DNA of 63,951 nucleotides, filler included, from Octopus bimaculoides (GCF_001194135.2; 7 parts of 7 records of this genome joined end to end with filler, not necessarily neighbours in it); one strand, 5' to 3'. Positions 49,590-62,226 are shown, numbered from the whole stretch's first letter. Notes: generated from the letters alone by a model not told the origin. Numbers and translations: made by a program.

Positions 49590-50560
49590 GAACAAAGTCA
49601 TCAGCATTGAGAAGCTCCCATGGGCAACTAGTTTTAAATTCTTCTGTTATGGCCTACAGGACTATGATAAATAAGAGGGAACTGAGAGTTATCTTTGATG
49701 AATTCCCGTCTGTGCTCTAAATTCGTTACTGTACCAATGCTGACTTTTACCTTGCTGATAGCATCTCTGTCCATGGCTTGGACAGTTCTCACCAGCCACT
49801 CATTTACTCCGCGCTTCCAGTCGACTATAATGCTGCTACACCAATCATTGGATATGATTCCTTCCTGGATGACCCAAGGAACTATAATGGGTGACTAGGC
49901 CGCGTCCTACTTTGCCAGATATTTTAAGTATCTTGGCAGTAATTTCTGATGGTTCAGCAGCTTTCCCCATCTTCATATCCTTAATTGCTTTATCTTTCAG
50001 GCTGCTGTCAACTCAACTGTACCCTTTGTTGGATCCACATTGTCGGGTCCACTCTTCTTTTCTTATGCATTCCCCACCTTTAGCATCCTTTCATAGTAGC
50101 ACTTCCATGTCTCCTTCTTTTCAGATTCACTAACAGCAAGTGTACCATCGTACATTTCAACACATTCCTCTCTTACAACATCATGGTTTTCTCTGATACA
50201 CTGTCTTCTAGCTACTTAGTTCTGTAGTGGTCTAGGTAGTTAAATAGTTGAATGATCTCCCTTACAAGAAGGATTATAGAGTAACTTCCCTTTACTAAGT
50301 TTCTCAAAGCATCTGTGTCATGTGATGTGATTCTTAATTATTCAAGAAGCTTAGTGTTTCTCTTGGAAGTTTCTAGAATGTCTAGTGTTCCATTAATAAA
50401 AACAGCTTGCTAACCCTGCTCTTCGCTTCTTAGTCTATTAGACTTAGAGCCATTCACATCACAGCTATGGCCATCTATTTCTCTACGCCACATGGCTGAA
50501 AGCCACCACTTAGCTGTTATTTCTTTATTTCCTACATCTGAACTTTCTTGCATAGATTAC
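49590..50560 (-). mobile_element. Old RTE LINE fragment
   Basis: Homologous to RT-region pieces of the 27862-31600 copy (ctcaccagccactc, gttggatccac). Confidence 0.6.
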
Positions 50561-50948
50561 TTCATTCAACTAAATTCTACATTTCGATTCCATGTATCAT
50601 CACCGACCAGTAAATAAAATATATTTTTATGTAGTAAATATATAAGTCTTGAATTTATTCTTCATCTCTGTATGAACTCTTGTAATAATATACACACAGC
50701 CACATCAACACCTGGTACTGACTATATATATATATATAACCACTACAGTTCTCTGCTACCCCACCCCACTCTCCCAGTTCTTCCAGACCCATTTCTTTGC
50801 TCTTATGATATTGTCTGCTTCACTGTTCCATCACCATGTCATCCTGGATCTGATAGCAAGTTGGCACCAGCCACAAATTTGGCCTGTGACTCTTGGTAGA
50901 AACAAAAGCAATAAATCAAGTTTTATTAAGAAAGAAATTCCAATTTAC

Positions 50949-50989
50949 CTGTATCCTCTTTGTTGACTTTTGTTCCATATAACCAATAT
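50949..50989 (-). CDS. ZDHHC6: ZDHHC6 exon (41 nt)
   Basis: ttgtttcag|A TAT TGG TTA TAT GGA...ACA G|gtaaat, phase 2 to 1. (R)YWLYGTKVNKEDT, compared with human RYWLYGDK. Confidence 0.9.
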
Positions 50990-51772
50990 CTGAAACAATT
51001 AGAATTTATCAAAGATTATTCATGTCAGATGATAAGAATTAATATTCCTTAGTTCCACCATAACACACTGAGATATTAAAGTACAACTAAAAACCTTGTC
51101 AACATATTCCGGAGCATGAGACATTCTGGCACAGTCATTTTAGTACCACCGAAATGGCATCACTGATTTCTCTCAGTGTTTTAGCATCTAGTTATTCATG
51201 TATGTACGTGTAAAGTCTCTCTCACTCTCTCTGTATGTGTATATTTCTGTATGTGCATGCATGCATGTATGTGTATGTTTGCCTCCAGCACCCAAAGGCA
51301 CTGTCACCAAAACAATGACTATCCATTCAGCCATGCCAAATCGCTAGCGCCCAAACAGCAGTGCCAAACTGTCTCATTCCAATATATTGTGTATCTAAGG
51401 CAAATCAGCTTTGCAGCTTTTTCCAATCTATAACCTTCCTAAGGTCAATCATTTTACATGGCACATGTGGGGTCACCAGAAACTTGTAAGATAAGACCAC
51501 TCAACTGAGATGTGTGGGAGGTATGTGAGGAAGGTGGCTTTATCCCAGGTGATGAGAAGTTACAGTATGTTAGAGGGACAGGAACAAATGTTTTGCCGTA
51601 GGAAAGATACATGACTACCTCCAATACATATATAATATAATATAGATGCAGTTTCCAAGTTCAATCCCACTGCATGGCACCTTGGGCAAGTGTTTTTCTT
51701 TTTTTTTTTGGTGGGACTGACCAAATCTTTGTGAGTGGATTTGGTAAACAGAAACTGAAAAAAGCCCTTCTA

Positions 51773-51812
<40 letters not shown>

Positions 51813-51832
51813 NNNNNNNNNNAGCCCTTCTA

Positions 51833-51865
<33 letters not shown>

Positions 51866-52105
51866 ATGTATTTGACCCCCATTACAGCTCTTGACAACTG
51901 ATGTTGGTTTGCTTACATCCCCATAACTTAGCAGTTCAGCGTAAGACACCAACAGAATAAATACCAGGTTTTGAAAAAAAAGGTGCTGGGGTCAATTTGT
52001 TTGACTAAAAAGTCTTCAAGGTGGTGCCCCAGAATGGCCAGAGTCTAACAACTGAAACAAGAAGGTAAAAGAGAATATTACACAATCCACAAAGTCATAC
52101 AATAC

Positions 52106-52293
52106 CTTCTGCCACGACTAACTTCAACGACATCTCCAACACTAAGAGGAATTCTGGCTTCGTCACTACAAGGAATATTGTAAACCACACGGCATCCTTT
52201 GCTGAATGGGAACCAATAACCAGAGTAATTTTGGACAATGTCCAGCAGAACAACACGTTCTTTCTTTTGAGCCTTTTGAATGAGTTGCTCCAC
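52106..52293 (-). CDS. ZDHHC6: ZDHHC6 SH3-region exon
   Basis: 188 nt, phase 0 to 2. VEQLIQKAQKKERVVLLDIVQNYSGYWFPFSKGCRVVYNIPCSDEARIPLSVGDVVEVSRGR, compared with human IEQLKQKADKRVR...PCTEEPRIQLQKGEFILATRGLR. Confidence 0.92.
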
Positions 52294-52459
52294 CTGATCA
52301 GAAGATAAGAACAAAATGGAGGCACAATATTTAATGGATGTCACTGGCAAAGACAACTTTCACCCTTTAACATTCAGATTTCTCTCTCAAATGTAACATT
52401 TATTTACATTGCTTTTAATTAATCACGCAGCATCTCGTAGCTTCAAAAGTTTCACAATG

Positions 52460-52609
52460 TGACTTTTATACATTATTTACATTTGACGGATATTTGTCCT
52501 CATCTTGTTTGTTGTTAACACAACGTTTCGTCTGATATATCCTCCAGCCTTCATCAGGTGTCTTGGGGAAATTTCGAACCTGGGTTATCATTCCTAAGGT
52601 ATTTTTCAA

Positions 52610-52612
<3 letters not shown>
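52460..52612 (-). mobile_element. Penelope-type pseudo-LTR remnant carrying a hammerhead motif
   Basis: Short repeat bounded by (TAA)n and containing the motif below. PLE association is inferred from the known PLE-hammerhead link. Confidence 0.55.
52517..52562 (-). ncRNA. Minimal type I hammerhead ribozyme motif
   Basis: 5'-GACAC CUGAUGA A GGCUG gaggauauau CAGAC GAAA CG U U GUGUU-3'. Intact catalytic core, 5-bp stem I, stem II with one mismatch, loop-less palindromic ACGU stem III. Confidence 0.65.
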
Positions 52613-52667
<55 letters not shown>

Positions 52668-53247
52668 ATTTGGAATTGAACTACGCCATATGCCCTCTAC
52701 TTTATGTGTGTGTGTGTGTGTGTGTGCTTGTATGTATAAATGTGTGTGTGTGTGTGTGCATGCATGCTTGATGTATAAATATGCATGTGTGTGTTTTTGT
52801 GTGTGTATGCATGCTTGTATGCATAAATGTGTATGTGTGTGTATGCATACTTGTATCTATAAATGTGTGTGTGTATGTGTGTGTGCCCTTATCTTGATGT
52901 AATGTTTCTAAACAAGCATAATCATCATACAAGTGAGGTTGTTTGTTTCCAGTCTTCCATGAAAAGCAAGTCTGGTCATGGGAGGGGGGGGGGATATTAC
53001 CTTGCTTGGAAACAGGTGGGGGGGTTGGCAACAGGAAGGACATCCAGCCTCAACAAATTCCATCTGACCCATGCAAGCACAGAAAAGTGGATGTTAAAAT
53101 GACGATGATGACGATGATGGCATTCAACTGTTTCCAGTAACTTCAATAAACATAACAGTAAAAAGGTAACACCAGCAGCAGCACCAGTGGCAACAACAAC
53201 AACAGCAACAACAAGAATAATACGTAAAGAGGACCAGAATGCCTTAC

Positions 53248-53409
53248 CGTTAACGTGTATTGATTGCAGGAATCGATGACAGGCCAAGTGATGCCATTCG
53301 ACTTGATTTCATCAGTCGACCAGAAAACAAGTTTCAGATTGTTTTTCCATCCTAAATTATATGGGTAGATGAATTCGGATTCAGACGGATCCCTTTCACG
53401 AGATTTTGC
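53248..53409 (-). CDS. ZDHHC6: ZDHHC6 exon
   Basis: 162 nt, phase 0/0, ctcttctcag / gtaagg. AKSRERDPSESEFIYPYNLGWKNNLKLVFWSTDEIKSNGITWPVIDSCNQYTLT, compared with human AKDR...FVFPYDMGSRWRNFKQVF...GDGLEWPVREGCHQYSLT. Confidence 0.92.
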
Positions 53410-53870
53410 CTGAGAAGAGGAGAACCAATGACATGAGTCAGACAAGAGCCAGAAAAATCAATTTGTCAAAAATATCTCAGTACATATGAGTTTAAAAGGA
53501 ATGAATTATCCAGGTGGTTACCATGGTAACTCTCGATTTACCCAACAATTTATGTTGTATGACAAACTATAAAATTAAAAGAGAAATTTGATGATGTACC
53601 AGTCTCCGTGTTCTTTATAATTCTTTGAAATATATTTACACACAGACCTTCAACCTGTACCTCTTTTGATAAGTGCCAACACACAAAACTCTCGAACCTT
53701 GAGTCACTCCGTTGTTTCCGCTAAATGTTAACAAATATATATTACAAAGTTGTAAAAACGGCACCGTAGAAAAAAGACCATTTGCACCGAAAGCATATAG
53801 AAAGTTTGTTTACATATAAAAAAACAAACACAAACTATTATAGTTCTTAAATTTGACATAAATGGGGAGG

Positions 53871-53947
53871 CTGATTCGCTGGTGTAAAGGTAATACACTT
53901 AGTCATGTTAACAAAGGGATGTGGGTTCGACTCCCACACAAACAGGA
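53871..53947 (+). pseudogene. tRNA-like relic
   Basis: Perfect T-arm GTGGG TTCGACT CCCAC and D-stem GTGT/ACAC, with a T-run just downstream. Acceptor and anticodon stems do not pair. Confidence 0.3.
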
Positions 53948-54402
53948 AAGCTTTCTTTTTTCTATCGAAGGCTTACATGCCCCATTATTAGACTATTTTC
54001 CTTAGTCATTGCACGGTGATCGCCATAAGAGGCAGTTTCAGCTGGTTGGTATCAAAATGGTTAAGAGTACACTTGTCTGTGGAGCTTTCAGCCACTTTTA
54101 TATTAATTTCACGAATAGACTGTTCTGCTGAGCAAATCAACTGGAACACTTGTCATCATAACCAAAAGAGAGCCAGAGACAATCCCTCAATGGGCTTCAG
54201 TACAGTTTCCGTCAGTCCAATTCACGCCCAAAGTATGAGCCGACCCAAGGAAAACAGAAAATGAGATTTGCCTGAATGCCACACAGTGAGATCAAACCCG
54301 GGTCCTTGGGGTTATGAAGCAAACTTCCAACAACAGAGTCACACCTGTCTCTGTAATTTACCATTCCTCTGATTTACTAATTCTTCAAAACTTATTACTT
54401 AC

Positions 54403-54456
54403 CTTTTCAATAATCCAAGACTCAATGGCAGTTTCATTCTTCAGAACTTCATGAAA
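54403..54456 (-). CDS. ZDHHC6: ZDHHC6 exon (TTxE-motif region)
   Basis: 54 nt, phase 0/0, ttcctttccacag / gtaagt. FHEVLKNETAIESWIIEK, compared with human MKIILRNKTSIESWIEEK. Confidence 0.85.
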
Positions 54457-55061
54457 CTGTGGAAAGGAAATGTTCAAAAATTAATAATGTGGTACATAAA
54501 AAGCACCATTCAAGCGTGGTTGTTGCCAGTGCTGCCTGACTGACCCTCGTGCCGGTGGCACCTAAAAAGCACCCACTACACTCTTGGAATGGTTCACATT
54601 AGGAGGAGCATCCAACTGTAGAAACATTGCCAGACCAGACTGGAGCCTGGTGCAGCCTTCTGGTTTGCCAGTCCTCAGTCAAACTGTCCAACCCATGCCA
54701 GCATGGAAAACAGACGTTAAACGAAGATGAAGATGAATTTGAATTAATGGTGTTCCCTGTGGGTAAGCCTCAATACATTTCCCACACTATCTACTTCTCT
54801 CTCTCTCTCTCTCTCTCTCTCCCTGAGTGTCTCTCTCTCTCCCACCTTCCTCTCCTTCCTTGTCCTACTGAGATGGCCCAAGTACCTCCTCTATACTGAG
54901 ACAACTATCCCTGTCCCTCTGTCAGCCTCTGACCCCATGCCAGGCACACACAGCCACTACCNNNNNNNNNNNNNNNNNNNNNNNNNNNNNNNNNNNNNNN
55001 NNNNNTTAATTAATTAANNNNNNNNNNNNNNNNNNNNNNNNNNNNNNNNNNNNNNNNNNNN

Positions 55062-55120
<59 letters not shown>

Positions 55121-55549
55121 GAGAGAAATAGAGAGAGAGATAGAGAGAGAGAGGGAGAAGGAGATTGATGACAGATAGGCAAACATACAGATAGACAGAC
55201 GAGCAAACAGACAAAAAGATAAATTAACATATAGTTAAATTGACGGACATACAGATTGATAAATAGATTGATAGATCGATGGGTAGCTTGTTGGTTAGAT
55301 AGATAAGTAGATAGAAAAAAGCAAGCAGGCGGACAAAGGCTCAGAAAAACAGGTAAATTGAGCATAAGATGAGAGAGTACATCTGAGTGTCATTGGGTGA
55401 CTGTATCATTGCATATTATTCATATCCGGTTATTATTTTCAGTGAAATCTTAGCATTGAAGGAAATTATTAGCTTGCCATTCCTTTATTGTTTTTAATGT
55501 ATCATCGCTTTTGTGTATATAGGTGCGTATCCATACATACATACATACA

Positions 55550-55585
<36 letters not shown>

Positions 55586-56377
55586 TATAGGTACACGCAT
55601 GTTCACTTTCAAACCGCGTAGGTTCGGGTTCAGTCCCACGGTCTGGCACGTTAGATATGTTTCTTTTTCTATAATGCGAGGTCGTCCAATGCTTTGTGAG
55701 GAAATTTGGTAGACGAAAACTGTATGGAAGGCCATCGTATATATATAACAGTAACTCGAATGTAGATCTCGTGTGCATTAAATTACAGATACACACACAA
55801 GCACAGACATGTATATTTCTATGTTTGTATTTATGTGTGCGTGCGTATACATACGTATATATGTGTGTGTGTGTGTGTGTGTGTCTGTGTATATATATCC
55901 ATTCTACTATAAGCACAAGACCTGAAATTGTTGTGGGGGGGGGGTGGAGCAAGTCAATTACATTGACCCCGGTGTTTCACTGGTACTTAATTTATCGACC
56001 CTGAAATGGTGATAGGCAAAGTCAACCTCAGCGACTCAGAACGTAGCAGCAAACGAAAAACCGTTGAACATTTCGCCCGGTGTGTTAACGATATATATAT
56101 ATATATGCACACAAATACACACACAGAGAAACAAATACTTACGGACACAAATCTCTTGTGTGTTTTATTGAAGGCGAATATAATTCATAAAGCGGCTTGT
56201 AAACCATTAAATTTTTCATAGCAATTGTGGTTGTGTGATGATCGTCCTGTGAAATTCTCACTGAAAGTGTATGTAGAATTACAATTTTAATAAAGCAATT
56301 CTTTATTCTACCTTTCATATTCGAGCACTATTTTCTCCATCTTGTTTTGCACCTGTTTGCTGGATATGCGCGCGTGA

Positions 56378-56423
<46 letters not shown>

Positions 56424-56540
56424 CAAAGTTATTTTATTCACACGGGTAGAAATATATGAGAAATAGAATTTCAAAATGCACTAAAATATTTAAAATATTT
56501 ATTATTATTGTATTTAAAGATTTAACCGGTTTCACAATTC

Positions 56541-56919
56541 ACACTGATTTTCAAAAGTTTGAAATTGGAAGACGTGGCTTATATCGCAGCTGTTTTGCTT
56601 TCGATTAGTGTTTGAAGCTTGCCTTATTTTTATAGGGAGTTTATGGCTCAAATTTGTATATGTTTTGAATAGGGTTTCATTGGTAGAAGATAGTCACATG
56701 TCTGGTCTTAGAAATTTTTGTAGGTTCTCAGCTACGTCCGTGTTTTAGTAACAAGTGACAATGTTTAACGTCGTAAGTTAAGGCTGACACGGTTAACTGA
56801 ACATCTATTTAAAACATATACTAATTTGAGCCATGAGCTCCCTGTAAAAATAGGGCAAGCTTTAACCAACTGCGACATATTGCCACGTCTTTCTATTTCA
56901 AATTTTTAAAAATCAGTGT
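56541..56919. mobile_element. Fold-back element/MITE with ~110-bp imperfect TIRs
   Basis: acactgattttcaaaagtttgaaattggaagacgtggc...tagggagtttatggctcaaatttgtatatgttttgaatag versus its reverse complement ending ...ttcaaatttttaaaaatcagtgt. Confidence 0.7.
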
Positions 56920-56925
56920 AAACGT

Positions 56926-56972
<47 letters not shown>

Positions 56973-56973
56973 C

Positions 56974-57021
<48 letters not shown>

Positions 57022-57481
57022 TGCTTGCTATTTATTTCTCTTTCTCCATCTCTATCTTTTCACACCTTGTTCCTCTTTTCTATACTTCTATCTGATATTT
57101 TGCTTCTTTTCCTCATTGTATTTTCAATTTTTATTTTCCCTTTTACTTTTTCTTTCTCCGAAAGGAAACATCATTCATACAGCAAGGAAATCAAAAACGG
57201 ATGTAACTGGTATTAGTTATGACGTTTTAGGTATTAACTATAATTAAGTTATTTATTTATTTGTCTATTTATATATTTATTTATTCATGGAGGGATTAGG
57301 ACGTGGTTCAATGTAGGAAGGATTTCCTGGTGATGTTTTAAGAGATTACGTTCTCTCGACTCATATATTTCTGTTTCACTCTTTGAAAAAATTACACCGA
57401 GTGTTAGACATGTGGGATAAACAACCATTCTTAATTTCATCCAAATAAAAGAGAAAACAATTAGCTCTACTGATGAACATC

Positions 57482-57858
57482 GTGGAGGCGCAATGGCCCA
57501 GTGGTTAGGGCAGCGGACTCGCAGTCATTGGATCGCGGTTTCGATTCCCAGACCGGGCGTTGTGAGTGTTTATTGAGCGAAAACACCTAAATTCTCCACG
57601 AGGCTCCGGCAGGGGATGGTGACGAACCCTGCTGTACTCTTTCACCACTCTTTCTTCCTGTTTCTGTTGTACCTGTATTTCAAAGGGCCAGCCTTGTCAT
57701 TCTGTGTCACGCTGAATATCCCCGAGAACTACGTTAAGGGTACACGTGTCTGTGGAGTGCTCAGCCACTTGCACGTTAATTTCACGAGCAGGCTGTTCCG
57801 TTGATCTGATCGACTGGAACTCTCGACGTCGTAAGCGACGGAGTGCCAACACACTCCC
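57482..57858 (+). mobile_element. Young full-length tRNA-derived SINE with 13-bp TSD
   Basis: TSD actgatgaacatc at 57469-57481 and 57859-57871. A box TGGCCCAGTGG, B box GGTTTCGATTCCC. CpG-rich body. A related - strand piece lies at ~62500-62663. Confidence 0.88.
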
Positions 57859-60189
57859 ACTGATGAACATCATGTGATGAAGTCTGCAATCCACCCGGTT
57901 ACGAATTTTCAAGGAATTTCACACAGTTAAGTCATAAGATTTATGATCCCGTAACACATACGACAATTATGATATACATAGTATACCGAGTAAACATGTA
58001 ATGAAAATATTCAAACATCGTCATTGTCTTTCCATATCCTGTTGCATTTCACATGAAATGTTTGGTTCTCGTAAGCCATCTTGGTACATAAATCAACCTA
58101 CTTTCATTGGATGTACATTTGAGTCCGAAAATACAACTTCTGTGCAGAAAATATGGTAAATCAACACATTCTTCTTTGAATCCGAGGATCTCAATTTCAT
58201 TGTAATTCTTAGCCCAAAACCATTGCCCTTCATTTATCACTTAGCTATTTTTTGAGTTTATAATTTCATTGCAGTTTAAAGTAGAATGATACCCTCGTTG
58301 GTTGCATTCGATGAGTCAGCTACTTCACGACATTCGCAATAACAAGGGTGATAAAGGAACGTTTATGCGAATCTGCCGAAGCAAATACAACGAATGATGC
58401 TTTGGCTTAAGAGAAATGAAGGATCAGTTTTCTCGTCGAATTTTCTATCTTCTGCCAATCTGTATTCTCTCTCTCTCTCTCTCTCCCTCTCTCTCTCTAT
58501 CTCCCCCTCCTTCTCTCTCTCTCTCTCCCTCCTTTCCCTCCTTCTCTCTCTCTCTCCCCCTCCTTCTCTCTCTCTCTTTCTCTCTCACATACATATATAC
58601 GTATATGGATAAACGTACGCACCCATATATTATAAGCGCAAATATATATATTTATGAATGTATATGTGTGTGTGTGTATGCGCGCGCGTGTGTGCATGTG
58701 TGTACATAAATGCATATGTAAGTATATATATACATATATATATATTTGTTCATATGATGATATCTCCACAATGTGTTGATGAGATAAACATGTAATCGCT
58801 ACCAATATAGCAAGAGATTTCTCCCCAAAGGTCTAAAGTAGACTCCTTAAGGATCGATCTCCTTGGTTATATATCAAAAATTTTAATGAGAGTTTTGACG
58901 CTGATATCCATTATTATTGAAGTTTATTCCTGCGTCAACATTTCTGTATAAGGCTATATTTAACTGTCAAATTCAAGTTAAATAGATAAATTACCTTACA
59001 CATCTTCAGAGTAAAAGGTAAATATATATATATTGATACATGTATACATATACGTATATATATTTATGTATGTATATAAACAAAAATACTATTGAGAGTG
59101 ACTTCAAAATGTAGGCCTTCGTCGATCGTTTATTGACCATAACTCCTAAGTCACTATTGATAATATTCTTGCTTTAAGAATAATAAATTTGTGTGTTCTA
59201 CAAATGTATAGAGCAGCCTAGCAGATTAATATAAAATTGTTTTAATTATAACCGAATAACAAACATTGATATATATATACATACATATACATACGTGCAT
59301 ACAGTCACACACATACACACGCATACACACATACATACACTCACACACACACGCAGAGTCTTGTACGCAATCTTGCACCGCTTGGCCCAACACGATAGCA
59401 CGTCACCAAGTACAGTGTTTTATATCGAAGATGTGATATAAAATTAAGTGAAATTAGATAAGACAACTAACCAGTGAACAATATCTGTTAATGCAGAATA
59501 CTGTGTAAATCAGAGGAAACGAGGTAAATTTAGATATGATATAATATTGAATTTAGGTCTGAGAAAAGGTTTAATAATACTGTAAACATGTTCCTTCGAG
59601 TCTGCTGAAGTACAGCGTGAAAAGACGGCAGTCTTCTGAGAGGCGTTGCCCAGTTTGATGACAGCTCTTCGTGACAGCTTAATTCAAGACTGCTTTTGAT
59701 AGGGACGATCTATGGAATTGATTGCAGGAAGAGTATGGAAATATACTCTCCGAGGAGCGATCAATGAACAGCGAGACGGTCGGTCAGGAGACTAGCGCCA
59801 GCAAACAACGTCGTTCGGTTGTTTTTTTTTTTTTTTTTTTTTTTGTCAGATGTTCAATGCAGCAAAAAATATTGGGACTAAGAAGATAATTCCTTCGTGG
59901 CACTCTTGATGTTTTGTAATGAAAATAATGAAAAAAAAAAAACCCCAAAAAACAAAAAAACAGGGAAGTTAGTTGAACGTTGATTATATTGTTTCAATTG
60001 CAATGGGTTGATGTGTCCTTGGAAACAACAATTACGACGATGACGACAAAACTAACAACAACAACAACGTTATCCGTTATCAACGAGAGAATTCTAAGTC
60101 GCAAGTATTCCGAGGAGAAATTATTGAGTGAAGTACTTAGTGTGAAAGAAAAGACTAATATGTTGAACAGATATATTAGTGATAAGAAA

Positions 60190-60360
60190 AGGGCAAAGGG
60201 GACAGCTACTTCCGGTGCGCCTGTACGGGATCTGCTTTTTAAAAGAAAAGCAAGGCAGTTACAGTAACGTTGAGAGAGACACAGAGAGAGAGAAAGAGAG
60301 AACAGCAGGGCTAGGGGTTTATGGATTGTAGTATGCAGGCAGGGTCGGTATGAAGTAAGT
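60190..60360 (+). promoter_or_regulatory. Candidate promoter/first-exon region between divergent ZDHHC6 and RUNDC3-like genes
   Basis: Local CpG enrichment (also 59640-59820), ETS-type ACTTCCGGT at 60208-60216, ATG AA|gtaagt donor at 60350-60360. Inference only. Confidence 0.3.
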
Positions 60361-60705
60361 CCTTTAATACATTTGTTACCATATTTTTTGGTAAAATCGG
60401 AATGGTTCTATGGCAGATAGACTCATTCCGAATCATCCAGGGAGAGAAAGAGAAAGAATGACAGATAGACAGGGAAGGGAGAAGAGAGAGAAGCACCAAC
60501 GTTAGTTCTAAACTAGTACTTTATTTATCGATCACGAAAGAAAAAAAAAACGAAAATTTGACCGCAGTGGAAATTGAACTCAGAACAATTGCGAATTTTG
60601 CCAAAGGATTCAAAGAATTCTATACGCTGCTCTAACGACTCTGCCAAATCGCCACCTTGAAATCGATGTCTCAATTAATAGCAATGATGAAATTTTACCA
60701 AAATA

Positions 60706-60737
<32 letters not shown>

Positions 60738-61469
60738 CCATCGTCATCATTATTGAAGGCGGCGAGCCGGCAGAATCGTTAGCACGGCGGGCGAAATCTT
60801 TAGCGGTAGTTCGTCTGCTGCTACATTCGGAGTTTCAAATTCTGCCGAAGTCGACTTGCCTTTCATCCTTTCGGGGTCGATGAAATGGACTTAGACANNN
60901 NNNNNNNNNNNNNNNNNNNNNNNNNNNNNNNNNNNNNNNNNTTAATTAATTAANNNNNNNNNNNNNNNNNNNNNNNNNNNNNNNNNNNNNNNNNNNNACA
61001 ACCGATGTTGGTGTGTTTACGTCCCCATAACTTAGCGGTTCGGCAAAAAGAGACCGATAGAATTAGTACTAGGCTTACAAAGAATAAGTCCTGGGGTCGA
61101 TTTGCTCGACTAAAGGCGGTGCTCCAGCATGGCCGCAGTCAAATGACTGAAACAAGTAAAAGAGTAAAAGAATAAAAAAAGGAATTTTAAAACAACTTTC
61201 TACAAAACTAGTTTTTAAGCTTCGAATGGCTCAAAGGGGTCCATAGATAAAAAATGGGTGAGAATCTCTGCTTTAAACTAAGTCGAGAGTAACTAAATGT
61301 CTGATTCTAGCGGAGTTAGTGAGCTTGCAAAATCGTTAGTGTGTCGGACAAAATCCTTAACGGCATCGCTTCCGACGTTTTACGTTCTGAATTCAAATTA
61401 CGCCGAGCTCGATTTTGCTTTTCATTCTTTGAAATATCATCTCTTATGGACTTGCTGTGCTAAAAACAA

Positions 61470-61980
61470 TAAATATCAAAGAAAGAGAGACGAATATTCG
61501 TCCCAGTAGCGGCCAGCGGGAGCACCAGATGTATTTCGGCCTTTTCAGTAAGTAAGTCTAGCCTAAGACCGTGCATATACATTCATCATGGCTATATAAT
61601 TAAATACTGCTTCAATTGCATACATCGGATTTTTAATCAGACGGGCGGCTATACGCAACATCAGTGAATATTTTATTCACTTATTCCTGTATCAGAGAAA
61701 ACGAATTCACCATCGAAAATGTGGCCCGCTGCGAGTACACACGTTTGAAAAGACCCTAAAATATATTTGCATTCTCGCTGGTACCTGCTTGGGCAAATTT
61801 TCGTCTCTCCCTGATATATACTGTATTTTTAACATACCAAGTTTACAAGAAGTGTTAGCACAAGACATACTGCAATAACTGGCCTGTCGACAGTGTGTAT
61901 ACATTCAAAATGACACGTAGATGGGTATTTTATTTAATTACAGCTTCAATTGCATATCAAGCCACTCGTACCGTTCTAGT
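61470..61980. repeat. Old fold-back repeat related to 37690-38030
   Basis: 61470-61555 and 61740-61850 are diverged inverted copies. The aatact/acagcttcaattgcata motif is repeated at ~61600 and ~61940. Confidence 0.55.
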
Positions 61981-62162
61981 CAGGAAATTTCACCTAGAAG
62001 GATGAAAGGCAGAGTCGACCTCAGCAGAATTTGAGCTCAGAACGTAACGGCAGACGAGATGCCGCTAAGCATTTTGTCTGTGTTAACGTTTCTGCCAGAT
62101 TGCCACCTTAATAATAATAATAATGATATTAATAATGATAATGATAATGATGGTGATGGTGG

Positions 62163-62226
<64 letters not shown>

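Noticed and set aside
54440-54456. Possible compensated frameshift at the start of the ZDHHC6 54-nt exon (out-of-frame ATG AAG)
   Set aside because: Exon length and phase equal the expected 18 codons; simple substitutions explain it equally well.
59581-59610. QQTRRNMFTV resembling RUNDC3 ERRNLITV
   Set aside because: Wrong strand relative to the RUNDC3 exon, and the flanking residues do not match; weak similarity.
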